From positions 992,001 through 1,056,000 of the forward strand of contig CBDBOV010000006.1 of the NCBI GenBank assembly GCA_965208575.1: a DNA stretch of 64,000 bases, read 5' to 3'. Source of the stretch: Spirochaetia bacterium (lineage in GTDB: Bacteria > Spirochaetota > Spirochaetia > SZUA-6 > Bin103). Shown here in pieces: positions 19,628 through 29,583 of this stretch (the first letter of the stretch is position 1; each line of letters starts with the position of its first letter). Made by a program: the position numbers and the translations under genes. Below the pieces are notes generated by a model, which had not been told where the DNA came from, did no database searches, and was given only the letters and a program-made list of their open reading frames with translations.

Positions 19628-21214
19628 ATGGCTATCGACCACATCGCCGACAAGGTCCGCGCCGCGCGCGAGTTGCGCGAGCACCTGCTGAGCGACCGCT
19701 ACCGGCCCGGCTACCACTTCGCCGTTCCCGAGGATATCGGGCGGCCCGGCGACCCCAACGGAGCGTTCTACGCCGACGGGCGCTACCACCTGATGTACCT
19801 GTACGACCGCCGCGGTGTGGGCGGCTGGAAGGGCAAGGGCTACGCCTGGGGGCACGTCTCCAGCGCCGACCTGGTGCATTGGCGCCACCACCCCGACGCC
19901 CTGCTGCCCGACGACCGCGACGGCGGCATCTTCAGCGGCGGCGCATTCCTGGACGACGACGGCACCGCGTATCTCACCTACTGGCGGGTCAACGAGGCCT
20001 CCGAGGGCACCGGCATCGGCATCGCGCGCAGCAGCGACCGCCACTACGAGCGCTGGGAGAAGCTTGACGTTCCCTCCCTGGACGGCACCGAGTTCGGCAT
20101 CCGCACAGCCACCGGCGCCGGCGGCGAGAGCGACCACCTGTGCAACGCGGACCCGAGCAACATCTGGAAACACAACGGCACCTACTACCTGCAGGCGGGC
20201 AACCTGCTGGTGCTCAACAAGCTCGGGCGCGGCGACCAGGCCCCGGCGCACTACCGCGGCGACTGGGTGGACCTGTTCCGCTCGCGGGATCTCCGCGAGT
20301 GGGAGTACGTGCACCGCTTCTACGAGCGCCGGCGCGACAACTCCTGGACTCAGGAGAGCGAGGACGACATGTGTCCGAGCTTTCTGCCGCTGCCCGGTTC
20401 GCGCGCCGGCGGCGCCGCCAGCGGCAAGCACCTGCAACTGTTCATCTCCCACAACATGGGCTGCCAGTACTACGTCGGCACCTACGACGGCGAGCGTGCG
20501 CGGTTCGTTCCGGAGGCGCACGGACGCATGAGCTGGGTGGACAACACGTTCTTCGCCCCCGAGGCGCTGATCGACGGACGCGGACGCCAGATCATGTGGG
20601 CATGGCTCACCGACAACCCCGCGAAGGGAATCGAGGATGCGCTGCGCGACGGCTGGTGCGGCGTGTACGGCCTGCCGCGCACGCTGTGGCTCGGCGCTGA
20701 CGGGCGCACGCTGCACCTGGCACCGGTCCCGGAGCTGGAGCGGCTGCGCTGTCACCCGAAGGAGTTCGCCGACGCAACCGTGACCGACGCCACCCAGGTA
20801 CCGCTTGCCGGCGTCGACGGTCTCTCCTGCGAAATCGGCGTGCGCATCGACCCCGGCTCGGCGCGGCAGGCGGGCGTGCGGGTGCGCACCAGCCCGGACG
20901 GCGCGGAGACCACCCTGCTCTACTACGACGCGGACGCCCGGCGGCTGTGCTTCGACGCCACCCGCAGCGGCAGGAAGGGCCGCCCGGTGCTGGAGCAGGC
21001 GCCGCTGGAACTCGCCACGGGTGAGCCGCTGCACCTGCGCGTGTTCATCGACAAGTCGGTGATCGAGGTGTTCGCCAATGACCGCCAGGCGATCACCCGC
21101 CGGGTGTATCCGGAAGGCGACGCCAGCGACGGCGTCGCGCTGTTCGCCCGCGGCGGCAGCGCCACCTGCAGCGCCATCCGCACCTGGGACATGATGCCCG
21201 CCAACGCCTGGTAG
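19628..21214 (+). CDS. Glycoside hydrolase family 32 (atypical catalytic motifs)
   Basis: RPGYHF..GDPNG, WGHVSS.DLVHW, FSGGA, C-terminal LRVFIDKSVIEVFAN. Confidence 0.88.
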   Translation: MAIDHIADKVRAARELREHLLSDRYRPGYHFAVPEDIGRPGDPNGAFYADGRYHLMYLYDRRGVGGWKGKGYAWGHVSSADLVHWRHHPDALLPDDRDGGIFSGGAFLDDDGTAYLTYWRVNEASEGTGIGIARSSDRHYERWEKLDVPSLDGTEFGIRTATGAGGESDHLCNADPSNIWKHNGTYYLQAGNLLVLNKLGRGDQAPAHYRGDWVDLFRSRDLREWEYVHRFYERRRDNSWTQESEDDMCPSFLPLPGSRAGGAASGKHLQLFISHNMGCQYYVGTYDGERARFVPEAHGRMSWVDNTFFAPEALIDGRGRQIMWAWLTDNPAKGIEDALRDGWCGVYGLPRTLWLGADGRTLHLAPVPELERLRCHPKEFADATVTDATQVPLAGVDGLSCEIGVRIDPGSARQAGVRVRTSPDGAETTLLYYDADARRLCFDATRSGRKGRPVLEQAPLELATGEPLHLRVFIDKSVIEVFANDRQAITRRVYPEGDASDGVALFARGGSATCSAIRTWDMMPANAW

Positions 21215-21249
21215 GCGAGGCGAGTCCGGACACCAGAAACGGTCCGCCC

Positions 21250-22398
21250 ATGCCGCCACTGGCTGCCGGCCTGGTACTGTTCTCCACCCTGCTGCACGCC
21301 GGTTGGAACCTGCTCGCCAAGCAAGGCAGCGGCGCACCCGACCTGTTCCCGCGCGTGCTGCTGGCGCTGGTCGTGGCCGGCGTGCTGATCGGGTTGTTGG
21401 GCGAGTGGCGGGCCACCGCCGTGCTGCCGGCGGTGTGGCCGTTCCTGTGGCGCGGCCCGCCGCTTCTGCCGGCGGTCTGGCCGTTTCTGCTGGTCGCCGG
21501 GGCGTTTCAGGCCGCCTACTTCCTGGGCCTGACCTTGGGCTATCGCTCCGGCGACCTGAGCCTGGTGTATCCGCTGGTGCGCGCCTTGCCGGTTCTGCTG
21601 ATCAGCCTGTTCGACGTACTGCGCGGCGAGGTGCCCGGGACCGCCGGCTGGCTCGGGCTGGCGCTGGTACTGATCGGCTGCCTGCTGGTGGCGTCGCCGG
21701 CGCACGCGCCACGAACGAACCCGCCCGGCGCCGCGGGCGATACGACGGACCGGCTCCGAGGCATGGGACGGCTGCGGTTGCCCGCCGGCGGCGGGTCTGC
21801 GCGGCGCCGGGTGTCCGACCACGGTCCGCCGGCAACGCCGGCGCTACGGTGGCACGGCGCAGCCATCGGTTGGGCCGTGGTCGCCGCGCTCGGCACCGTC
21901 GGTTACACGGTCGCCGACAAGCTTGCGGCCGACGCGCTGTCAGCCGCCGGCAGCGCGGGCGCCGGCGCGGCATTTCGCTATGGATCCTTGGAATTCGCCA
22001 TCAGCGCCGCTTACTTCCTGCCGGCGCTGGCCCTGGTCGACCGGATCCGGAAGCCTCGCCCGGCATCGCGCTCCACCACCGACGCACCGCCGCCCACCCC
22101 GCCCACCCCGCCCACCCCGCCCACCCCGCCTACCCCGCCCACGCCGCCGGTTCGGCAACCGCGACGCTGGCCGGTGGTCGTGCTGATCGCAGCGCTGATG
22201 TACGTCACCTACGCGCTCGTCTTGTGGGCCTTCCAGGCAAGCTGGCAGACCAGCTACGTGGTGGCCCTGAGGCAGTTCAGCATCGTCGTTGGGGTGGTCG
22301 GCGGCGCGCTGCTGCTCGGCGAGACGGCGCGCGCGCTGCGCATGACCGGCGCGGTGGTGATCGTCACCGGCGTTGCCGCCATCACCCTGGCCGGCTGA
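21250..22398 (+). CDS. EamA/DMT family transporter
   Basis: LHAGWNLLAK, GDLSLVYPLVR, YTVADK, YVVALRQ. Confidence 0.85.
   Translation: MPPLAAGLVLFSTLLHAGWNLLAKQGSGAPDLFPRVLLALVVAGVLIGLLGEWRATAVLPAVWPFLWRGPPLLPAVWPFLLVAGAFQAAYFLGLTLGYRSGDLSLVYPLVRALPVLLISLFDVLRGEVPGTAGWLGLALVLIGCLLVASPAHAPRTNPPGAAGDTTDRLRGMGRLRLPAGGGSARRRVSDHGPPATPALRWHGAAIGWAVVAALGTVGYTVADKLAADALSAAGSAGAGAAFRYGSLEFAISAAYFLPALALVDRIRKPRPASRSTTDAPPPTPPTPPTPPTPPTPPTPPVRQPRRWPVVVLIAALMYVTYALVLWAFQASWQTSYVVALRQFSIVVGVVGGALLLGETARALRMTGAVVIVTGVAAITLAG
22090..22143 (+). repeat. 9-nt tandem repeat (ccgcccacc)x6 encoding (PPT)6
   Basis: Read directly from sequence. Confidence 0.95.
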
Positions 22399-22440
22399 CC
22401 GGCGCTGGTCGGCACTCCGCCCGGCGCCGCGCCGGCCGGC

Positions 22441-23787
22441 TCAGTCCGCGGGGCGGCGCAGGTGCACGCTGTGGGCGTGCGCCTCGAAGCCCTCGATGCC
22501 GGCGAGCAGTTCGATGTCGTCGAACCCCTGCCGCGGCAGGCCGCGCGGGTAGGCCTCGATGCTGGTGCGCTTCAGAAAGGTGTACACGCTGCAGCCGGAA
22601 CTGAAGCGCGCCGTGCGCCCGGTGGGCAGGCAGTGGCTCGGGCCGGCCCAGTAGTCGCCGCTGGCCACCGGGGAACGGTCGCCCAGGAACACCGCGCCGG
22701 CGTTGCGCACCTCCTCCAACGCCGCGTGCGGCTCGGCAACCGCCAGCGTCAGGTGCTCGGGCGCGATGCGGTCGATCAGGGCATACGCCGCCGGCAGGTC
22801 CGGCGCCTGCACCAGCGCGCAGTTCTCGGCCAGCGCGCGCTCCAGGGCGGCCCGCCGCGAGCGCCCGGCAAGCAGTCCGGCCAGTTCGTCCGCCACCCGG
22901 TCGATCACGGCGCGTTCGACGGCGACCAGGATCGCCGTGCCGGGATCGTGCTCGGCCTGCGCCAGGAGGTCGGCGGCGACCCAGGCGGGACGAGCCGCCG
23001 CGTCGGCGAGCACGACGATCTCGCTCGGCCCGTACAGGCCGTCGATGCCGACGGTACCGAACAGCTTGCGCTTGGCCTGCTGGCCGTAGACGTTGCTCGG
23101 TCCGGCGATCATCTCCACCGGTGCGACGCGCTCGGTGCCGAGTGCCAGGGCGGCCAACGCAAACCCGCCGATGCGGTACACGTTGTCGATTCCGAGCAGG
23201 TGGCACAGGCCGAGCACGGTGCCGTCCATCTCAACGGCCGAGCCGGAGGCGCGCGGCGGCGCTGCCACCGCCAGCCGGCCGACGCCGGCCACCTGCGCCG
23301 GCACCGCCAACATGATCACGGTCGACGGGTAGGCGCCCGCACCTCCGGGCACCGACAGGCCGGCACTCGCTACCGGCGTGTGGCGCAGCCCCAGTTCGGC
23401 GCCGTGGCGGTGCAGCGGCGGCGGATCGGCCGGCATGATGTGGGACTGGTAGGCGCGTACGTTGTCCGCCGCCCGCCGCAGCGCCGCCGCCACCCGCGGC
23501 TCCAGCGCCGCGCCGGCGGCGGCCAGGGTCTCGGGGGCCACCCGGATCGCCGCCTCGGAGTAGTCGCCGCGCGTGTGCCGCCGCAGATAGTCCACGATGG
23601 CGCCGTCGCCGCGGGCGCGCAGGTCGGCGACGAATTCGTCAAGCTGCTCGGCGACCTCGCCCCGCTCCCAGGAAGCGGCGGTAAAGCGGCCCAGAATCTC
23701 CTCCAGCCGGCGCCGGTCGCCGGCCAGGGCCAGGTCGAGAACCGGGATCGCGCCCGCACCGCGGCGCCCGGCGCCGCCTCCCGCCAA
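22441..23787 (-). CDS. hisD: Histidinol dehydrogenase
   Basis: PGG..YPSTV.M, GPSE, QAEHD, APEHL, GDY.AGPSH.LPT, EGFEAHA. Confidence 0.93.
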   Translation of the reverse strand: MAGGGAGRRGAGAIPVLDLALAGDRRRLEEILGRFTAASWERGEVAEQLDEFVADLRARGDGAIVDYLRRHTRGDYSEAAIRVAPETLAAAGAALEPRVAAALRRAADNVRAYQSHIMPADPPPLHRHGAELGLRHTPVASAGLSVPGGAGAYPSTVIMLAVPAQVAGVGRLAVAAPPRASGSAVEMDGTVLGLCHLLGIDNVYRIGGFALAALALGTERVAPVEMIAGPSNVYGQQAKRKLFGTVGIDGLYGPSEIVVLADAAARPAWVAADLLAQAEHDPGTAILVAVERAVIDRVADELAGLLAGRSRRAALERALAENCALVQAPDLPAAYALIDRIAPEHLTLAVAEPHAALEEVRNAGAVFLGDRSPVASGDYWAGPSHCLPTGRTARFSSGCSVYTFLKRTSIEAYPRGLPRQGFDDIELLAGIEGFEAHAHSVHLRRPAD

Positions 23788-23796
23788 CGAGAAACC

Positions 23797-24774
23797 CTAC
23801 CCGCGGCGCTCGGCGAGCGGCGTCCAGCCGCGTCCGGGAGAGAACGCACGGGTACGGTCGTACTTTTCGCGCAACGCCTGGAACTGGCGCGGGTCGACCA
23901 CTTCGCGCTCCGGGTGGCGGTCGTCGCGGATCACGAAGTCCGCCTCCGGCGGATAGCAGGCCATGGTCACCGGCTCGCGCTCGGGGGTGTACGACTGCGG
24001 CTCTTCACCAACGTTGTTGGGCGCGTCGGTGCCCTGGTAGCGCAGGTCGAGGCTCCAGCGCACCATGCGCTGCGAGTTCGCGAACGACGCGTGCGGGGTC
24101 AGGTTGGTCATGAACAGCACGTCGCCGGCGCGCATCTCCAGCGGCACCGGCTTCACCTCGGGCAGGTGTTCCGCGGGCACCTCGAGATAGCCGGCGTGGC
24201 CGCCGGTGTAGTGCTGCAGAATGCCGCCCCGCTGTACGCCGGGCAGCACGTGCAGGCAGCCGTTGGCAACGGTCACGTCGACCAGCGGCACCCAGCAGGT
24301 CACGATCAGGTAGACATCGCAATGCGCGAGCAGGTAGCCGGAGTCCTGGTGCCACGGCACCTCACCATGGTCCCACTGCGGCAGCTTGGGGCGAATCCGG
24401 TACACCGACGAGCCGATGATGTCGCTCCCGATCAGCCCCTCGATGCAGGACAGCAGCGGCGGATGTCGCAGGAACGCCAGCATCGGCGGACCGTGAAAGC
24501 CGCCGCCGCCGCGCCCCATGATCGCCCGGTAGATGTGTTCGCAGGCGGCCGGATTGGCGAAGCGGATCTCCGCCAGCCGGGTCTCGAACGGCTCGCCGGC
24601 GAATACATCGTCCAACTCACCGCGCGCCTGCAGCACGCGCGCCTCGCGATCGATGATCTCGGAGAGGCTGTCCCTGATCGGCTGCATGGCGGCCGCCGAG
24701 TACACCCCCTCCTTGACCACGTAACCCAGCCGCCGGAATTGGTCTATCTCGGCGGCGGTAAGGGCTCGGTGCAT
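23797..24774 (-). CDS. Phytanoyl-CoA dioxygenase (PhyH) family Fe/2OG oxygenase
   Basis: PWHQD, NGCL.VLPG, PHAS..N..RWSLDLRY. Confidence 0.9.
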   Translation of the reverse strand: MHRALTAAEIDQFRRLGYVVKEGVYSAAAMQPIRDSLSEIIDREARVLQARGELDDVFAGEPFETRLAEIRFANPAACEHIYRAIMGRGGGGFHGPPMLAFLRHPPLLSCIEGLIGSDIIGSSVYRIRPKLPQWDHGEVPWHQDSGYLLAHCDVYLIVTCWVPLVDVTVANGCLHVLPGVQRGGILQHYTGGHAGYLEVPAEHLPEVKPVPLEMRAGDVLFMTNLTPHASFANSQRMVRWSLDLRYQGTDAPNNVGEEPQSYTPEREPVTMACYPPEADFVIRDDRHPEREVVDPRQFQALREKYDRTRAFSPGRGWTPLAERRG

Positions 24775-24777
24775 TGG

Positions 24778-26526
24778 CTACCGCGAGTGCACGTACAAGT
24801 CGCCGAACTCCACCGGCCCGCCGAGGGCGCGCAGTGCGATGGTGTCCGCCGCCCGCCGGCCGATTTCCGACGACACCGCCACCGTGAACTGCTCATCGCC
24901 GTCCACCAGGACGGTGATCGCCCCGTAGCACTTTTGCCCGTCCATCATCTCCGGACAGTTGCGTGGATCGTACAGCGCTTCCACGGTCAAACCGTCCGCC
25001 ATCGACTTGGCGACGTTCCTGCTGTTGCGCCACACAAGCTCGTTGTCGTCCAGCGACTCGTAGAGCTGCACCTGAGTCTCGTCCGTGCCGAAGAATCCGG
25101 GTTCATAGGTGACCCACACCAGGTAGGAGTGGCCGAAGTTCCAGGTGTTCCCCGAAGCGGGCGCTTCCGAGGCCAGGAAGTGCAGCCCGTACCCCATCCT
25201 GTCGCCGCCGTCCACGCGCGCCGACACGCCATACAGGGTCGCCGTAGGCGGCTGCAGCACGTTCGCGAAGGCGAACTTGGCATGGCTCGCTTCCGCGTCG
25301 GTCTGCCTGACGACCGCACCGCCGCCGGAGATGGTCCAGGAGCCCTCGTCCGGAAGCGCGGCGCCGCCGCCGAAACCGTTCACCGCCCGCATGGCGCCGC
25401 GCGAGGTCAGCAACTGGTCGCGCAGCAGCTCGGCAGCCGTCCGCACCCGGTGGCCCTGACCGGTGGTGGCAAAGGCGATCGTGCCATCGCCGCTCACCTT
25501 CAACGACAACGAGTAGGCCGCGCCGCGGACCCCGATATTGGAGATGATCAACTCGTTGGGAGGCACCAGCTCGAGGGCCGGGTTGGAGAAGTCCATGTTC
25601 GGCAGGTCCCCCATGTCGGCCGCGTAGAGCGCCTCCAGTACGGCCTTGTTGTCGCCCGTGTAGCGCACCAGTGCGCCGAACTCCCGGTCGCCGTACCGGA
25701 TCCCGGACAGGTAGATGGCATCCGGGCCGGCGCGCGACACCTCCACCGCGTCGAGATTCACCAGGTTCAGGTCCAAACCGGCCGGAATCGGCACCGGGCG
25801 TCCCTCCGCATCGCGCAGAAGCATTTCTATCTCGGCCTTCTGGGACGTCATCATCGCCTCGGCGTCCGCCAGCTTGGCCTCGGCGTCCGCCAACCGCGCT
25901 TCGGCGTCGGTCGCCTTCGCCGCCACGTCGGTGGCACGGGACGCCACTTCCACCGCTCGCGCCGCAACTTCCGCGACCCGGGCATCCGCGGCCGCGGCTC
26001 TGGCCTCGGCATCCGCCGTTCGCGCCTCCGCGGCAGCCGCTCTGGCCTCGGCGTCCGCCGTTCGGGCTTCCGCGTCCGCCGAGCGGGCCTCGGCATCCGC
26101 GCTGCGGGCATCCGCGGCAGCCGACCTGGCCTCCGCATCCGCGGTGCGCGAGTCCGCGGCAGCCGACCTGGCCTCGGCGTCCGCCGTTCGGGCTTCCGCG
26201 GCGGCAATTCTGGCCTCGGCCTCGGCCTCGGCATCGCTCTGTGCGGCCTCCGCCGCAGCCTGGGCCTCGCTGGCCATCTCCTTGGCTGCCCGCGCGGCCG
26301 CCTCCGCGTCCTTCCTGGCCATCTCTTCGGCCGCGACCTCGGCTTCGAGCGCCTTGACCTCGGACTCCAGGACGGCGACTCGCCGCTCCTCGGCGGTGAC
26401 CTGCTCCTCCGCGGCGTCCTCTTCTGCTTCTTCTGTTTGCCACCCCGCCGGAGACACGCAGCCGGCAAGAACCACGAGTACTCCGGCGATGGCCACGAGC
26501 ACGATACCGATACCCGTTTTGATCAT
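24778..26526 (-). CDS. Lipoprotein with long Ala-rich heptad coiled coil and beta-rich C-terminal domains
   Basis: GGAGG RBS, MIKTG..LAG^C lipobox, ADAEAR(S/T/A) heptads. Confidence 0.8.
   Translation of the reverse strand: MIKTGIGIVLVAIAGVLVVLAGCVSPAGWQTEEAEEDAAEEQVTAEERRVAVLESEVKALEAEVAAEEMARKDAEAAARAAKEMASEAQAAAEAAQSDAEAEAEARIAAAEARTADAEARSAAADSRTADAEARSAAADARSADAEARSADAEARTADAEARAAAAEARTADAEARAAAADARVAEVAARAVEVASRATDVAAKATDAEARLADAEAKLADAEAMMTSQKAEIEMLLRDAEGRPVPIPAGLDLNLVNLDAVEVSRAGPDAIYLSGIRYGDREFGALVRYTGDNKAVLEALYAADMGDLPNMDFSNPALELVPPNELIISNIGVRGAAYSLSLKVSGDGTIAFATTGQGHRVRTAAELLRDQLLTSRGAMRAVNGFGGGAALPDEGSWTISGGGAVVRQTDAEASHAKFAFANVLQPPTATLYGVSARVDGGDRMGYGLHFLASEAPASGNTWNFGHSYLVWVTYEPGFFGTDETQVQLYESLDDNELVWRNSRNVAKSMADGLTVEALYDPRNCPEMMDGQKCYGAITVLVDGDEQFTVAVSSEIGRRAADTIALRALGGPVEFGDLYVHSR
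25855..26230 (-). repeat. 21-nt-period degenerate repeat encoding ADAEAR(S/T/A) heptads
   Basis: Repeated ggcctcggc(g/a)tccgc units on + strand. Confidence 0.85.
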
Positions 26527-26762
26527 TGCAACTTCCTCCACAATCTATCCGTTAGACAACATTATCCGTTCGACAACCGGCGCGGGCGGAATTGCCTCGC
26601 CGCAGCTATTTTCTACGAAGTCCGGGCTTTGTCAAACACAGTGTCCCATTCAGCACACCATGTCCAACAACCACCGCACCCAGTCCCATCGTTACAGGAG
26701 ATAGGAGAGGTCCGGCGGGGAGCTTGACAATAGCGTACCGCTGCTCTTGTATGGGCCGGCTG

Positions 26763-27137
26763 ATGGCGCGAGACCCGGAACACGACTTCCCCCGTCTGTT
26801 CAGCGTAATGGAAGCGCAGCGGACGCTACCACTGGTGCGCTCGATTGTACAGGATATTCTCGACCTCGGGGCGCAGGCGCGCGACGTGGTATCGGGACGC
26901 TCCGACCAATTCACCATCGAGGAACTGCAGGATCGGCTTCGCGAGCATCTTTCCGAGCTGGCCGGCATCGGCTGCTACTACAAGGACTGGAACTTCCGGA
27001 TCGGGCTGGTGGACTTTCCGGCGCTGATCGACGGCGAGGTGGTATTCCTGTGCTGGCGCAGCGACGAGCCGGAGCTGCGCTACTATCACCGCATCGAAGA
27101 TGGCTACGCCGGCCGGCGCCGCCTGCCGCACACCTGA
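26763..27137 (+). CDS. DUF2203 family protein
   Basis: FSV.EA..LP, KD...GLVDFPA..DG..VFLCW...EP..YH..GYAGRR. Confidence 0.85.
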   Translation: MARDPEHDFPRLFSVMEAQRTLPLVRSIVQDILDLGAQARDVVSGRSDQFTIEELQDRLREHLSELAGIGCYYKDWNFRIGLVDFPALIDGEVVFLCWRSDEPELRYYHRIEDGYAGRRRLPHT

Positions 27138-27246
27138 CCCTCGCGCTCACCGCGGCGCGCCGCGCAGCCGTGGCGCACCCCGGCCGCGCACCGGGAGCGT
27201 CCCTCGACTGCAGCCTGCGGGTTCGCCGCGGGCCGCTGCGCCGCGG

Positions 27247-27909
27247 TCAACTCTCACGCGCCTCCCGGATCAGCGTCAGCGCGGTGCGCACGTTGGCGGT
27301 GATCGCCCGGTATTCGCCGGCGACGACCAACTCGCGCCGCACCAGGTCGCTGCCCATGCCGACGCAGCAGGCGCCGGCGGCGAACCACTCGGCCAGGCTC
27401 TCGGCGGTCAACTGCACCCCGCCGGTGGGCATGAGCCGCGACCACGGCATCGGTCCGAGCACGTCCCTGATGAACGCCGGGCCGCCCACCTTGCCGGGAA
27501 ACACCTTCACGATCTCCGCTCCCCACTCCTCGGCGGTGGCGATCTCGGTGGGCGTCGCACAGCCGGGCAGGTAGGGGATGCGCCGGCGGTTGCACAGCCG
27601 CGCCACCTCGACGTTGAAGATCGGGCTCACCACGAACCGGGCGCCGGCGGCAATGAACAGCGCGGCGGTGGGCGCGTCGAGGACCGATCCCACGCCGAGG
27701 CTGGCGGCTCCGTCGAATTCGGGGCGCCCCGCGAGCGCCTGGAACACGCGCAGCGCTCCCGGCCCCCGGTTGGTGAATTCCACCGCCACGGCTCCCCCTT
27801 CCACCAGGGCGGCCGCCACGCCGCCGGCAACCGTCTCATCGCCGTGGTAGAACAGCGGTACCAGCCCAGCGGCCAGCACCGCTCGATACCACTCCAGGCG
27901 ATCGTGCAT
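27247..27909 (-). CDS. eda: KDPG/KHG aldolase
   Basis: EFTNR, GVGSV.D, PGC.TPTE, VKVFPG, MPTGGV. Confidence 0.9.
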   Translation of the reverse strand: MHDRLEWYRAVLAAGLVPLFYHGDETVAGGVAAALVEGGAVAVEFTNRGPGALRVFQALAGRPEFDGAASLGVGSVLDAPTAALFIAAGARFVVSPIFNVEVARLCNRRRIPYLPGCATPTEIATAEEWGAEIVKVFPGKVGGPAFIRDVLGPMPWSRLMPTGGVQLTAESLAEWFAAGACCVGMGSDLVRRELVVAGEYRAITANVRTALTLIREARES

Positions 27910-29361
27910 CTACGAGGTACCGTTGCCGCCCGCGCCGTGGGTCGGCACCACCCCAGGCACGCCGAAGTAGCGCGCCGCGTTGTCGAAGCAGATGTCCCGC
28001 ACGATGCCGCCGAGGTGCGGGTAGTCGGCCGGCAGCACGCCGCGCTCGATGTCGTCCCCGAACAGATCGCACAGCAGGCGCCTGAAGTAGTCGTGGCGCG
28101 GGTAGGAGAGGAAGCTGCGCGAATCGGTGACCATGCCGACGAAGGCGCTGATCACGCCGCTGTTGGACAGTGCCGCCATCTGCGCACGCATGCCGTCGAT
28201 CTGGTCGTTGAACCACCACGCGGTGCCGAACTGCATTTTGCCGCGCACCGTGCCATCCTGGAAGTTGCCGATCATCGCCGCCACCAGGTCGTTGTCACTC
28301 GGGTTCAGGTTGTACAGGATGGTCTTCGCCAACCGCCCGTCGCGGTCCAGTTGGTCGAGGAAGCGCGCCAGCGACCTGGCCTGCGCCGTGTCGCCGATGC
28401 TGTCGAACCCGGTATCGGGGCCCAGCACCGAGCCGAGCCGGGTGTTGAGATTGCGCATGACGCCGATATGGTACTGCTGCGTCCAGCCGCGCGCGGCGTC
28501 CATCACCGCCAGCTCGTACAGCAGCGCCGACTGCAGCACGCGCAGTTCGCCGGCTGCGAGCGCCGTGCCGGCGCGTACCTTGGCGAACGCCGCCGCGGCG
28601 GAGGCGGCAGTGAACGGGTCGGCGCAGATCTCCTCCATGCCGTGGTCCGACAGCCGGCAGCCCTGTTCGTGGAACCAGGCGTGCCGCCGCTGCAAGGCTT
28701 GCAGCAGGTCGTCGTAGCCGGCGATGTCGATACCGGCGGCGGCGGCGAGCCGGTCCAGGTAGGCGTTGTAGGCATCCGGGTCGGCCGCGGCCAGCGCCTT
28801 GTCGGGCCGGAACGCCGGCGCGACGACCACCGTGAGCGCGGGGTCGGCGGCGATGCGGCGGTGCGCGGCGAGGTCGTCGGCGGGGTCGTCGGTGGTGCAG
28901 ATGGCGCGCACGTCGAAGTCCTCCAGCAGGCCGCGCACGCGCAGCGCGTCGGTGGCGAGCAACTCGTTGCAGCGGTCGTACACGGCGTCGGCATTGGCGG
29001 GCGTGAGCAGCTCGTCGATCCCGAATGGGCGGCGCAGCTCCATGTGGGTCCAGTGGTACACCGGGTTGCGGATGGTGTACGGCACCACCTCCGCCCAGGC
29101 ACGGAACTTGGCGCGGTCGCCGGCGCCGCCGGTGATCAGCTCCTCGCCGACGCCGAGGGCGCGCATCACCCGCCACTTGTAGTGGTCGTCCCCCAGCCAG
29201 ATCTCGGTGAGGTTCGCGAACCGGTGATTGTCGGCGATCTGCTCCGGCGGCAGGTGGCAGTGGTAGTCGAAGATCGGCATCGCCCGCGCGTAGTCGAAGT
29301 ACAGGCGCCGCGCCGCGTCGCTGCCGAGCAGAAAGTGTTCGCCTTGGAAGCCGCCGGCCAT
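27910..29361 (-). CDS. uxaC: Glucuronate isomerase
   Basis: IFDYHCHL, DHYKWR.MR, TTDDP, AWWFND, TDSRSFLSY.RH.YFRR. Confidence 0.96.
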   Translation of the reverse strand: MAGGFQGEHFLLGSDAARRLYFDYARAMPIFDYHCHLPPEQIADNHRFANLTEIWLGDDHYKWRVMRALGVGEELITGGAGDRAKFRAWAEVVPYTIRNPVYHWTHMELRRPFGIDELLTPANADAVYDRCNELLATDALRVRGLLEDFDVRAICTTDDPADDLAAHRRIAADPALTVVVAPAFRPDKALAAADPDAYNAYLDRLAAAAGIDIAGYDDLLQALQRRHAWFHEQGCRLSDHGMEEICADPFTAASAAAAFAKVRAGTALAAGELRVLQSALLYELAVMDAARGWTQQYHIGVMRNLNTRLGSVLGPDTGFDSIGDTAQARSLARFLDQLDRDGRLAKTILYNLNPSDNDLVAAMIGNFQDGTVRGKMQFGTAWWFNDQIDGMRAQMAALSNSGVISAFVGMVTDSRSFLSYPRHDYFRRLLCDLFGDDIERGVLPADYPHLGGIVRDICFDNAARYFGVPGVVPTHGAGGNGTS

Positions 29362-29583
29362 GACGGGGCCATTCTACGGCAGGACGGCGCAGGAGCGTAA
29401 GGCGGAACGAACGGCGCGGCACGGTGCGGGGCGGTTCCGGTGCGGGGCGCGCACCTGGCCCGGCGCGCGCCGGTGGCGACAGGATCCGCCGCGCAGCGCG
29501 GACGCCGAGAGCCGGTACGCGCGGCGGCCGGGCGCGCCGGTGGAGCAGAATGCCGGCCGCCGGTAGAGTGCAGCGGCACCCCG

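Noticed and set aside
22462-26727. 1421-aa + strand ORF and many other long ORFs in the track
   Set aside because: Antisense or alternate-frame shadows of real genes (here hisD, PhyH, lipoprotein), expected in high-GC DNA; Arg/Gly/Ala-rich with no motifs
27149-27248. GC-rich inverted repeat between convergent DUF2203 and eda as REP/MITE or ncRNA
   Set aside because: No second copy seen in the window; probably just a terminator-like structure
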